From: Amoebidium appalachense | Taxonomy: Eukaryota > Protista > Ichthyosporea | NCBI GenBank assembly: GCA_963693365.1 | Contig: CAVNZM010000013.1 | Location: 5,446,640 to 5,510,639 of the forward strand | Direction: 5' to 3' | Length of the DNA: 64,000 bases | In this document: piece by piece, positions 14,038 through 40,039 of the stretch | Layout of the letters: the number at the start of each line of letters is the position of its first letter | How positions within the stretch are numbered: the stretch's first letter is position 1 | Position numbers and translations under genes: made by a program | Notes under the pieces: model-generated | The model's input: the letters and a program-made list of their open reading frames with translations, nothing else | What the model was told of the DNA's origin: nothing | The model's database searches: none

Positions 14038-15134
14038 AAAGAAAAAAAAGAGGCCGCCTGCACAGGGAAGACAGACAGCACTCAGAGTGACTACAAAAGG
14101 CTGACTGCCCCAATTATTGTGGTGGGCCGTCGAATGCGATTGGTTAACTAAGGTTTTGGCGCGGTGCATGCGCCAAAAGACGGGCATGCAATGATTGGCT
14201 TATCCTGCACCAGGCACAAACCAAACATGAATGTCAACAAACGCAAAGGAGAAAATTTTTCTGTCATAAATCCTTCAGTCCTATTTTATACCTAACAAAA
14301 AAAACCATCATTATGTAAAATGGCTTTAGAGGTACTTTTTACTTTGCTTTGTTTTCGAGTCAGATTGACTCTGTCTGAAGTGATTAAGTCGACATGAATG
14401 CAATCGATTCGTTTATTATCATGCATCAAAACAGGAAAGTATTCCAGTACGCCAATCTTAACCAATCACAGGGCGCCTGGATACTTGAAAGACGTTCCAC
14501 TAGTCTACGTAAATATACTACATTCGACATTATAAGGGTAGCATTTTGGCTCCATGAAAACCCAAAATGACGTCATATGGGCTAGACTAATGCCTGTGGG
14601 TGTTGAACGCCGTTGCATAACGCACCAACTTGAAAACGGAAACGACAAAACAAACAAACTTTGCACATGTATGTGATGTTCAAACAACTAATATATTAGG
14701 TATGTAAATGATATAGAAAAGGAAGTAGTCATTAAAGAAAAATTAGTGTTAGGCAACTTATAGAGTACGAGCCAAGGCGAGTGGCAGCCTCGTCAAGTGA
14801 ACAAGAAACCTCACTTCTTCAAATCATCGACTAAGCAGATCTAGATGTGTACACACCTATTACGCGTATACTGGCACAACTAGAGCCACACCATAGCAGC
14901 GGTTTTAATGACATGGTTTGAGTTAAATTTAAATTAGCTTGAGAGTATAACAGTTGACCTCAACCAACAGTGGAAATACCAGCGAATGTAGGCCTGTCCC
15001 AAAACCACCATCTCGAAATCATCTTTGCTAGCACAAGAAAACCAAGAGATCCAGTGGCCCACATTGCCCATTCTTACACAAGAAGCAAAGGGGAAACCAT
15101 ATTTTTTCAAAAAAGAGTAATATAATAATAGAAA

Positions 15135-16979
15135 ATGTCCACATCATCATCGTCGTCCTCGGCTCCTCTTCGGCGGTATTCAACGGGTGGGTCATCTCTC
15201 GACCGAGCAACTGCCCTGCTCAAGTACTCTTGGGTTCCCAAGCTCAAGCGTGCAGCCCTAAGCATCATGCTGGCAGGGTTTGCCTTGTATCTTCTAATGA
15301 CAAGCACACATAACCCTCAGGCTGCCCACCCAGGCATGCCTGCACGCAATCTTGCATCAGCCGTGCAGGAAAACATTGATGCTGTAACCAAGCACATTGC
15401 TGGTGGTCGTTCAAACCCGCTGGCTGCACTACCACCAAGACCGAAAACGGTGCATCACTTGCAGCAAGCACACCAAATCAGGAGTGATAAAAGGCTGCCT
15501 TTGGAAAAATACTCACCTGAAAACTACGTTTACCCATACACGGAACCCCAGAAGCGCGCAAATGCGGCTATTGTCCTCTTGGCACGGGAATCAGATCTGG
15601 GCGGGCTAGGGCCTGTTTTGGAGAGCTTTGAACGTAGATTCAACAGGTAAACATACCCATGCCCGATACAAGATGCAGCTTCTCTCTATGGGTTTTGTGA
15701 GTTGCACCGTTTTTAGAGCTATTGCACGCTATCACATGTCGCTTAAAAAGGTCTACAATAGTGGAGGTGGAACAACATACATGCATTCCATACTGGACAT
15801 TGTGTAGCGTAGCGCAGATGGCTGGGCAGTAGATGCCACCAATGACAAGGAAGAACGGCGTTCAACTTACAGAAAAGGTAGCACAATACAATAGTTTGCG
15901 GTGCAGCCTTGGCGGAATTTGTAATTTTGCATTCCTAATTTTCAACGAGCACAAAACCTCGCTCGAAATCTCGCCACATTGCTCGCTCAAACTGCAGGCA
16001 TGTGCATGTTATGTATGCCCCCAGCAACGGCGCAGGCAAAACCATAACCGTAATATCGTCTTCAATACCCAATATTTTATCTGTTTTTCCTACTTGTATT
16101 TTCTCCAGCCGTGTTTGGGTGACTGCAGTACCATCCCCCCGGGAGCAGTACCACTAAATCAGCCATACAGGCTGTGCCCCTGACCAAACCCCATTTTTAA
16201 TCTTAACATTAAAACATTATAATTTAATGGCATTACGATTGTACTTAACAACGGACCACCCACCACCAGGAAGTACAAGTACCCGTACGTATTCTTCAAC
16301 AACGACGAATTTTCAGACACGTTCAAGCGGACGGTGGAGTCTATGGTGTCCAGCAACATCACCTGGGCAAAGGTCACCCCAGACCTGTGGGAGCCCCCCA
16401 GCCACATCGATATGGTTAAGGTGGGTACTGCTAGAGTGTATTCTGTTGACTAGTGTATCAACCCTTCCCTCCACCCCCCCCCCCCTCCCCCCCCTCCCCC
16501 ATCCATCCCCCCCTCCCCACCCACTCCCCTTTGATTTCGGGGACCACCCCGTTTCACAACAAATATACCTTCCCCCTTCCCCCCTCGTGAATGGGCACAA
16601 TGAAACCCTTTCCCCTCCCTCCCCTCCCCCCTCCCCCCCCCCCCCCCCACCTCCCTGAGGATGGGCTCTGCTTATGACGCATACTGTGCGCATGGCTGAT
16701 GTTGCATACTTGAATGTTTGCCTTTGCATGTGTCCTTCGTGTATGCGTACTTCGTACCGTGTTCCGCATTCAACCCCCCCCCCCCCCCCCCCCCAGGCTC
16801 TGCTTATTATGCATACTCTTTATGTATGGCTTGCATTCTGCATCGTGTTATCCGTTTGTTCTTGTGTACTTCGTACTTTTTGACGCATTCAAACCCCCCC
16901 CCCACCCCACTTCCCTTCCCCCACCTCAAAAAAGACTGCATCAGCGTGTTTTGGTGACACAAGCATAAAGACACGCCGT

Positions 16980-17012
<33 letters not shown>

Positions 17013-17020
17013 AGCGCGCG

Positions 17021-17108
<88 letters not shown>

Positions 17109-18178
17109 ATCTCGACACAACTGCATACACCACTTGGATTTTAGTGAAACCCTCCCTCCCCAACCCCCTCCTCGCCCACCACCACCACAGTCACCCACAC
17201 ACAACGCTCCCCCCCCCCCCCCCCCCATCCCCCCCCCCTTCTGCCCCCTCTCCCGTCGTGTTTCATCTCCTCAGTGACATTTACGTGAGGGGTTCTAATA
17301 ATAGGGGGGTTTTAAACAGACGGAGGAAAAGATGAGAGAGATGGTTGCAAACAACGTCATCTACGGTGGGAGTCTTTCCTACCGCAAAATGTGCAGGTAG
17401 GCATGCTATGTTACAAGTTTCATGCATGTTATAGGTGGTATTCTCAAGCACCCCTCGATGCAGAAGTCCCGCTACTTCCCGTTTGTAGTACACAAACATG
17501 TAAATGACTTCAAAATGTGTGGAAATTAAACTCCACGAGACAATTGCAGAAACAAGCCTGATTCAACACCTCTCTTTATCATTTTAGAATTAAACTATAA
17601 AGTGTGCTTGCAGATTGGTCACACCGTGTAGTCTCTCTCCCGTGCATGCTGTCAAAGCACCCCGAAATTAGAAAGCAAACCCAAGCATTACGTAATTTTC
17701 GTTCGCAGTACACGTAAAGGTCAATCACATAAGTACTTGAACACAGCTTGTGGATCTTGGCAAAATCAGCACCCCTTGAAGAACATAATCAAAGCATGGA
17801 GAACATAGATTTAACACGGGTTACTATGTAGGTTCTTCTCCGGCACGCTGTTCAAGCGCCCTGAGCTTGAGATGAAGAATCACGACCACTTTCCATTCAT
17901 TGTACACGTAGAAGACTCACAATGTGTAGAATGTATACTCCAAAACAATTTACTTAAATTCAAAGCAAAGCCCCTTCAAATGTACTTGTTTTCTTGTTTG
18001 TACACATTAATTTTGATGGCAACATGTGGTTACTGTGTAGGTTTTTCTCCGGGATGCTTTTCAAGCACCCTGAGATGAAGAAGTACGACTACTACTGGCG
18101 CCTGGACAGCGGAAACGTGAAGTTCCACTGTGATGTGGACTTTGACCCCTTTGTCTACATGCAGGTGTGTGTGTGTGT

Positions 18179-18271
<93 letters not shown>

Positions 18272-18648
18272 TGTGTGTGTGAGTGGGTGGGTGGGTGTGT
18301 GTTTGTTTGTGTGGTTGTGGAGGGGGGGAGGGGTGTGTGTGTGTGTGTGTATGCACGCGCGGGTGTGTGGGTGGGTGGTGGGTGGATGGGCGTATATGCA
18401 TGTATGTGCGTATGCTCGCGGCCTTTGTGTGTGTGCGTGTGTGTGCGTGTATTGTGATGGCTGGTTGGCTGGATGCACACAGCCATATGATTGTGCGAAC
18501 GAGAGTTTTCAGCTCTATAGACAGCGCAAAAATGCTAACATCCATATTTCCAGGAACGTGACATGGTGTACGGGTTCACCATTGCCCTTCACGAATACAT
18601 GGCTACAATCCCCACCCTCTGGAACACAACCATGAAGTAGGTCAAGCT

Positions 18649-18690
<42 letters not shown>

Positions 18691-21293
18691 CCCGAAAAAA
18701 AACAAAAAAAAAAAACACACCCAACCACCAGCCCCCTTGCCGTCATCCCCCCTCCCCCTTCCGCCCCCTCCCCCTCTCCCGCCCCTTCGTCCCTCTTTGG
18801 ATCACATGTTTGGTAGTCAAGCAACCAGCTCACATACCCCACCACGCACCCACACACCATTCTCACCCCCCCCCCCCCCCTCCCCCTCCTTTCCCCTCCC
18901 TCCTCCCTCTCTCACCCTCCCCCTCCCCCCCACCCCCCCACACCCTCTCCCCCACCATCGCCACCACCACAACCCTACCCCTCACCTTCCCACCACCCAC
19001 ACACCGCTTTTCTTCCTCGTACCCACAGATACATGCAGGAGCGCGGTGGCAGTGTCCCTGGCTCATGGATGAATTATTTCACCGACGACGGAGTAAACTA
19101 CAACGGACACCACTTCTGGTCAAACTTTGAAATCGGGAGCGTGAAGTTCTTCTCAGGGAAGGAATACCAAGATTACTTTGACTTTCTAGACCGTTCGGGA
19201 GGGTTCTTTTACGAGCGGTGGGGGGACGCACCCGTGCATTCATTGGGTGTTGGGCTATATGCCCGGCACGATCAGATCCATTGGTTCAATGAGATTGGGT
19301 ACTATCATGGACCCTGGGCTCACTGCCCTACCCAGCCACAACTGCTGAAGAAGTGTGACTGTCAGAAGCAAAGACAGGTCGATGATATACGTGTGTTTCC
19401 CTCCCCCGCTCCTTCCCTCCCTCCCCTCTTCCCCCCTCCCTCCTCCTCCCCCTCCTCCTCCTCTTCCCCCTTCCCCCCCCCCCCCCCCCCCCCCGCGGCG
19501 ACCTCTCCCTTGCCCATCTTCCCCGTGGCCTCTTCTGCCACCCCACCTCCTGCCCCAAACTCTCATTCACTCACCTAGACCGGGTCTAAGCGTTCCACCC
19601 TCTCCCTCCCCCAACCCTTTTTCCCTGGTGCATGTGTTTTGCATGTTGGTTTGTGCAAACAAAACACACATCGTGGTTTCGGCATGTAGGTCTTGTACCG
19701 TGCACCATGTTACAGCTTACAGTGTGCTTTTTTTTTTTTACTCCCCCCACCCCTTTCTTACCACTGGCCAATCCTTCCTCCCCCCTCCCCCCCCCCCCCC
19801 CCCCCCCCCGGCGCGGTCCTCTGTGTATCCTGTGTCATCATTTTTTACTGTGGACACCCATTCTAACACCCCTGCCACCATCCAGCGTTTTCCAGCATGT
19901 ACGACTTCCACATGCTTCCAGCAAAGACCATGGCTGAAAACCGCAGGGAGATGCTTGGGGCCGTGGACCGGCTGATGGTTGAAATTCAGCCGAAGGACCC
20001 TACTATCTGCCAGCCGGCCATAAAGGTACCCCCCCTCCCCATTTTCTTTTGTCATTCCATTGTCTCCCCCTTTCGCACGTACATCCTCTCCCTGCTGTGT
20101 GGCCAATGGTCCCCCCCCCCCCCCCCCATCCCTTCCTTCTCTCCCCCCCCCCCCCCCCCCCAATCCACATGCACACACAAACATTCACACGAGGCCTACA
20201 AATACAACACACACACGTAGAAAAGTATACACGAACACGAACACACCAACTCTTGCCACGTGTCGTCTGCCCAGACATGAACCCCTTATGCCACCAGCCC
20301 ATATGTTTTCATTCCATGAGGGAAATCCGCTTACCAACACCGCGCTTGTTTGCAGGTATCTGATGGTGGGGAATGGTTTGTTTGTGACAAGCCGGCCTTG
20401 TCCGAAATCTGCACCGTGTACTCTTTCAGTGTCAGGTACCCACTTCATAACACCCCCCCCCCCCCCCCCCCGGGGCCCCGCCTCCCTCACCATTTTATAT
20501 GCATCAATACATGCACACACGGGCGCACTCACGTGTGAGTGTGCTCAGGCACGTGCACTGCACAAACGCCTACACATGCAACACACACACGTACGTGCAT
20601 GCACTGACACAAGTAGGGGCACTTACACACACGTACATGGATTTCATACACACACATTCACACAGGCAACACTTTTCACCATTTCCATGGCGTATATATG
20701 CCTCCCATCGCCCTGCTGGCAAACAATACTGGGTGGGTTATTTTATTCCTTAAAACCCGCACCAAATATAGCACCATAACTTCTATGTCTGCATCTTGCA
20801 GCATAAATTCATTAAGGGGTCACAGTATATTATTGGCTTTGCAAATATATGGCTCGCTATCCATTTCCAGAAATGCTGCGATTGCCATATAAAGGAACCT
20901 AGTATCAATCTAGATATAGACTTAATATAAGCCTATTTCAACTTTCACTTTTTGCACCGCCACCAACACTGCCACATTACCCACACAGGGGTGCATCCGA
21001 ACAGTTGAGTTTTGAGCTCGAGGCACAGAAGAAGGGCTGCACGGTCTACTATTTCAACCAGGTAAACTATGAACCCCCCCCCCCCCCCCCCTCCCCCAAC
21101 CCACCCACCCCATTTTCCACCCACCCCCTTCCCCACCCATACTCAGTGTTGTGCTCGTGGTTTGCGCTCTGTATCGTGTTGTCCGTTGTTTATGTGTACT
21201 TCGTAGAGCGCTTTCAAACTCTCCCCCCCTCTTTCCCCTTCGTTTCCTTTTTATCTCTCCCTCATTTTTTTTCTTTCCCTTTTTTTTTCCTTT

Positions 21294-21338
<45 letters not shown>

Positions 21339-22447
21339 AGGAAGGGGCCAGGTGAGAGGGGGAAGGGGAAGGAGAGGGAGGGGGAGAAGCAAACCTGCAT
21401 TGTGTTGTAAGTGGTGACTATGGGAGTACTTTGAAACGCATTGTAAAGCCCCTATTTCCCCACGCGATGTGCTCTGCTTATGTATCGTTTTGTCTGTCCG
21501 TCAATTCCCGATTTTTCATTTGTATTCGCATTAGGTCATCTGTTATCACACCGTCCTCCATATGTCTACCACGCTCTAACCTACCCCCTCCGCTCTCCCC
21601 CTACCCTTCCCTCCCCATCCCTCCCCCCCCCCCTCTCTCGCCCCCTTCCCCCTCCCCCCTCCCCCCCCCCCCCCCCCGCACCCCGCAACATCCACCCACC
21701 TGGGAATTTTTACCTCCCTTCCCCCAACACACACACACACACACGCACACGCGCGCATACACACACGCAGACACCTCCCCTTCCCTCCCCCCTCCCCCTG
21801 CCCGCCCCTTCCCTCCCCTCCCCTTCCCCCTCTCCCTCCCCCCCACTCTTCCCCTCCTGCCCCCGTTCCCCTTTCCCCCGTTCCCCCTTCCCCCCGCTCT
21901 TTCCCTCTCGTCCCACTCCCCTCCCTCCCGTCCCCCCCCCTCCCTTCCCCCCCGTCCCCTCCCTCACACACGCACACACAATCAACAGTGGCGCAACCCC
22001 CACGACATGCTCTCCATCATCAACGAGTATGACCGTCAGGTGCTGTACGGTCTGCACTGGCACCAGTACACACTGAGTGACGTGGATGCTGATGGGCTCA
22101 GGAGGGACTCGGATACGGCTATGGCTATAAACGAGAGAAGGTAAAAGAGTCTTCTGTTCATGACTGTCCAGAACATAGAATTATTGCATGTTTGACTAAT
22201 AAATACTTATGATCTCCATTTTGCACGCCTACACATGTATGTGTTCCCCAACGTACACACGTGGATGTGCACAGATACAGACACATGCACACATACACCA
22301 TGCCACGACACACCACACATGCACTTGAATAAAAAAGTACACGTACTAACGAACACACACACGAACACACGAACACACGAACACGAATATACACACGAAT
22401 GTACACACGAGTGCGCACACACACGCACACACGAACACAAACACACG

Positions 22448-22521
<74 letters not shown>

Positions 22522-23399
22522 TACACACACACGCCCACGCACACAAACACACACACATACAGAGAGAGACAGACTTATTGGCACCCTCAAATGCATCCTT
22601 GTTTTTAGAAATGTTGCAAATAGTGTGTTGCGTCGTTGATCAGTGTTCAAGTTTGCAGCCGCTAACAGCCCCCTCCCCCTCCCCCCCCCTCCCCTACCCC
22701 TGTGCTTTCAGATAAGTTGGCACGTGCATAAAAACACCCGTGTACACTCTCTATGGTCTATAACTCACACACACAAACACGCACACACACACGCACGTAC
22801 ACGTACACGTACACATGCACAAACGCACACACGTACACACACACACACACACATACCTATACATCCAGCACACGCACACACATCCACGCACGTACTTGTC
22901 CACGTCACACAAACACACACCCACACACATACACCTGCACGTACACGCGCACGTACACACACACACGTACAGGCTGGCGACACTCATGGACATGTTTGGG
23001 CACGGAGACAGCGTCTTAGACGTGGTCAAGTTTGATGTGGAGGGGGACGAATGGCTGGTGCTGACGGACCTGGCAGCCAGCGGGGTGCTTGGGAGGGTCA
23101 AGCATCTTATGTTTGAGGTGCATCTTAGGAAGGAGAAGCTGTGGAAATATCCCGAACACCTCCCCGTGGTATGTGCGCCTTTTTATATATATACCCCCCC
23201 CCCCTTCCCCCCCCCCCCCCCTCCCCCCCACCCCCTCCCGCCCCTCGGATTTCACATGCAAAGGTGATTGGGTAGGAACTTGTACAGTGAATGCCTAAAC
23301 GTCTGGAAAAACCACCCATGGCCCCCTTCTTTTCCTTTTCTCCCCTTCCTCTACGACTTTTCCCTCACCGTACCTCTTGCGCCTCTTTTTGGCGTGTTT

Positions 23400-23463
<64 letters not shown>

Positions 23464-23510
23464 GTGTGTTTGTGTTTTGAGGGCCGGGTGGGGCTGGGGG
23501 GGGGGGGGGA

Positions 23511-23544
<34 letters not shown>

Positions 23545-23725
23545 CGCGGATGTGTGCATGGCAAATCTAACAGGGAAACAACCACAGGTTTTGAGTATGC
23601 TCAGTTCGCAGCAGTTTGAACTGGTGTTTTCCAGTCAGAACCCTTACAGCACCGTGGAGGATGTGGGTGGAAGGCAGCTACCGTGTTGCTTTAAGCTGGT
23701 CTATAGAAACAGGGCTTACCTTTAA
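15135..23725 (+). CDS. GT15 (Kre2/Mnt1/Ktr-type) alpha-1,2-mannosyltransferase fused to a C-terminal Methyltransf_22/METTL24-like SAM-dependent methyltransferase domain, ~695 aa; exons 15135-15646, 16270-16420, 17320-17396, 18041-18164, 18554-18636, 19029-19390, 19886-20025, 20356-20435, 20989-21061, 21989-22140, 22973-23168, 23588-23725
   Basis: Eleven GT-AG introns with continuous phase give 2088 nt with no internal stop. One N-terminal TM helix ([16 protein letters not shown]) indicates a type II Golgi protein. GT15 motifs: [96 protein letters not shown]. Methyltransferase motifs: [48 protein letters not shown], and terminal CCFKLVYRN. Confidence 0.88.
17430..17891 (+). repeat. Three decayed copies of the acceptor plus 5' part of GT15 exon 4, inside intron 3
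   Basis: The AAGC(A/G)C anchor occurs at 17446, 17655, 17854 and in the real exon at 18063 (spacing 209/199/209). The copy at 17832 reads [20 protein letters not shown] versus the real [18 protein letters not shown] and keeps the ttact(a/g)tgtag acceptor. Confidence 0.75.
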
Positions 23726-24480
23726 AGAATCACCCTTTGTCCTTGCTGCTTAGAATGCAAGCTGATTGTAGCTGCGTGCGGGGCTGTGTTTGCGAAACGA
23801 ACGTGTTCGTGTATGCTGGAATTAACGGTTGTCCTTTTATAGGCAAAGTATTAGCATGATTCAATTGTGAGTGGACGAAAATTTTAGTACGAATATGGGA
23901 GCTGTAGCTTAGACAAAATTGTTGCATAGCCAAACTTAAGGGCTGTTATCTACGAAAATCCATACGTGCGCCCTACATGCACGTATATACATTTATGAAC
24001 CAACTTTCATGGCGTCTGTCTGAAAATTTTAGAATTCGATATATGTGTGATGATATATAGGAGTAGAAGCGAATAGTGCACGAGCACATGTAGTGTGCTT
24101 GAGTAATATTAGACTGTAGTTGGGCCTACCATCAATTGCAATCTGATTCGTTTCAAAAGTCAAACAACGGAACTTTTTTTTGTTCCTACAGCCGGTGCCA
24201 CTGGCAAAGTTTCTGCATGCACCTCTGAGTCAATGTACACGCATCCTCAACTTAATAAACTTTAATGTGTGTGATTGGGTGAACCAGCTTTGATCATGAT
24301 CATGGTAAACATTTGAGTTCACAGCTCATAATATTTGAGTATTGCCGACAAACGGAATTTAATTGTTATGGCAAGCGACTCTATTGCCAAAGTGCACGTG
24401 CATGCACGGGCGCGTGCATGTGAATGGGTGGGGGGCGGGGGTGGTTGTGCATCGTGGGGTTGTTGTTGTTGTGTATGTGT

Positions 24481-24526
<46 letters not shown>

Positions 24527-24556
24527 AAAACGTTATGATCTGATCATGATATCGTA

Positions 24557-36840
<12,284 letters not shown>

Positions 36841-36857
36841 CTCCCAGGCATACGTGC

Positions 36858-36986
<129 letters not shown>

Positions 36987-37438
36987 CGGACTGAGGTAGA
37001 GGAGGTGTTGGGGGGGGGGGGGGGGGGGGGGGGGGATCGGTGCCCGCGCCAATGGCTTTGTGTCGGTGATGTGTGTGTGTGTGTGGAAGTGTGTGGGTGT
37101 GTGTCTGTGTGTGTGTGCACGCGCGCGTGTGTGTGTGTGTGTGTGCGTGTGAGCACGTGCAGGTGTTCTATTCAAATAGGTCTCTACAGCCTGAGCTCTG
37201 CATGCTGGTGTGTCTGCGCCTGCCATAAAAATACACATGCATGCGCGGGGACGCACAAATAGGCGCACACGCCCACTTCAAACCCACAGGACTGGCACCC
37301 ATACAAGCATACACCGCAGCACGTATGCATACACACACAGTGGCGCTCGCACACTTCTGCACACGCACAACACTCGCACACACTGGCAGGGAGGCAAAAA
37401 CAATACATACACATACACATACACACACACGGCGCGCG

Positions 37439-37507
<69 letters not shown>

Positions 37508-37613
37508 TCACGAACACGCACACACAAAAAAAATCACACACGCACAACTGGGACAATGCACGCGCGCACAAACACAAACACACACACAAACACCAAACAC
37601 AAACACACACGCG

Positions 37614-37686
<73 letters not shown>

Positions 37687-40039
37687 GCCCCCAGTGTCAA
37701 AGGCTACATTACCTCAGTGACGAATCGCGAGAGAGTTGAAGCAGCTGCTAGCCTGTTCCAAGGACGTACACATGCATCTTCACCCGCAAAAGTCCTGGTC
37801 GTGTGGTTTACAAACAACGTATTGGCCTGGCCTTCGTATTCTTTGATTACTCAGCAACGGAAAAAATGATGTCTCCACTAGGGGTTCTGACCAGAGCTAG
37901 GAAAAGACCTCTGTACACTGCTTCAACGACACAGTGCCCAATGCCGTCAATATGCTTCCCAAATAACTCCTTGCCATCTAGAAAACATCGCCAAAAGTTG
38001 GTGTCATGTTCTGTGGTTGGTGTGTCAGCTCTGAGCTGCTCAGAAGTACATAACGGCCAGGGCTAGTAATTGTATCGGATGAAGTTAATACACCGGGAAA
38101 TATTTGGCTTGCCCCGTTATAGTGTCGCGGCCCGACCGCCGGCCGGGTGACAGCAGCGCAGGTAGTGCAGGCTTCTTCTTTTATTTAGCTCTCTCACTGC
38201 TCATGCACTATACCTAATATCTTATGATAAATATTAAAATATTTGAAGTATTCAAAACGCTACCTTAGAAGCAAAAAGATCTTAAAGTAGCCCAGATAAA
38301 GGATCGTGACGATGGTCGTCGCACATTCCCCCCATCGATATTGTCGGTATTGTTTTTCCCACAATAGTTGATATTTTGTACCCTGGTGCCACAGAGTTAT
38401 TATTGGCCAACCATTTTGTTACATTGGAATGTGCACACGCGATAAATACCTTCAGATCTGAGGAACGAACACCGGCAATTAGCATGCATGACGTTAATAC
38501 TAAAAATAAACGTGTGGAGACTCCAGCTTGGAACGGTAGAAATCCTCGATCAATTGGACATCCCAGAAAATCTGCGGTTTCAAGACTCTACGGGTATTAT
38601 ATAGTTATATAAATTCCATATATATGCGTTCTATTTCGATTTCTCTGACTACCAATACTTAAAAGAACACATTCATATCTGTTGGTGCGCCACCTTGATT
38701 CAAACTGCGCACATTCTAAAAAAAAAAAAAACGGTAAAAACTTACACATCTGGTATGTCACTTATACGTCACCTATACTCTATGAGAATTATCAAGAATA
38801 GATGAACACAAAAGTCGTTGAGTTCTGCGTAGCACATAAGAGGGGGAAACTCCTTTTTTTTCCTTCCCCACCTTTTTTTTTCGTGGTGCATAACACACCA
38901 CCGGAGTCCAGAAGTTTTTGGTATTTTCAGCATTGTTTTGATGTCGGATGGATGTACGTGTGGGCATCTTGAATTCATTTTTTCTATGCCATTATACTGT
39001 AGTGACCTTATATCTGGCCGGGCCTGGTCAACACTGGATGTTGACGTGTGTGGCATGCGCATTGCGCACGGGTTTGGCCACGTGTACTTGACCCACGTGG
39101 CACGTAACCCACAAAAAATTTATGTGTACACGTGTACTAGTATGGCTGAATATTCAAAGATATATATTTCTGTTGAGCAGCTATTCACTACTTAAAATTT
39201 ATGCGGCCAGGCTGCACTGCATGAAGGATGTATTGCAGCGCTTGCCATGCACCCTTGGACAGTTGGAAGACCGTTCAACCCGATATTTGGATATGATACG
39301 TTTTCACGTGCGGATTCGCAGGCTCCATCATCATTGAAGTTGGCAAGTTGGTCTGGCCAGCCATGGGCCGCTTCGCGGGCGCCAGTCAAGGAGCTGCCAC
39401 GTCTGACGCACTGTAACTAAAATCTGCGGCTCTTGCTACCCCCTCAAGCTTGTGTATAAAATGAAACATTACTATGTAGTCCGAGGCTCTCTCTCTCTCG
39501 CTCAAGGCTCGCTCTTATGTAGGTATGTCTTTTTCTCTCCATCCTGTGAGATCGATGTGGCACGCGCCGGATGAAATTTCACTAACGGTATCAAAGGTGT
39601 GGGAGGTAAAGCAGTTTTTTTATACTTATTTTTATATTATAGTAAATCCACACAACTTCGCCTGCTACTTTCAAGAATAAATAATAATAAAAAGTCGCTG
39701 CTGGATTCTACTTTGTTTGTTCTGGGGTTTTACGGTTTTTATTGAGTCACTTGTTTGCCAAGCCTAACATGATTGGCGGTAAATGTTTGAGGAATTCGAG
39801 GTGTTCAGGTCACTCCTTCAGCGATTGGGTACATGACCTCGTTTAAAAATATGAGGAGTTTATCCTCCAGTCAAAGGGAGTAAACGCTTATCACATTTCA
39901 CCGATATTTGTCATTGCGGAAGCGTTCCATTCTTGGTTGGAATGAACAACAACAAATGTTCTGATCGTTTAGAATCTAGATTACATAAAGCATATTCTTA
40001 GATTATTCTAGGGCTAATATGTACCTTCCACGAGAAGAC

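Noticed and set aside
38100-39950. Endogenous virus or autonomous transposon in the microsatellite-free AT-rich block
   Set aside because: No long ORF, viral hallmark motif or matching terminal repeat could be found by eye. Left unannotated.
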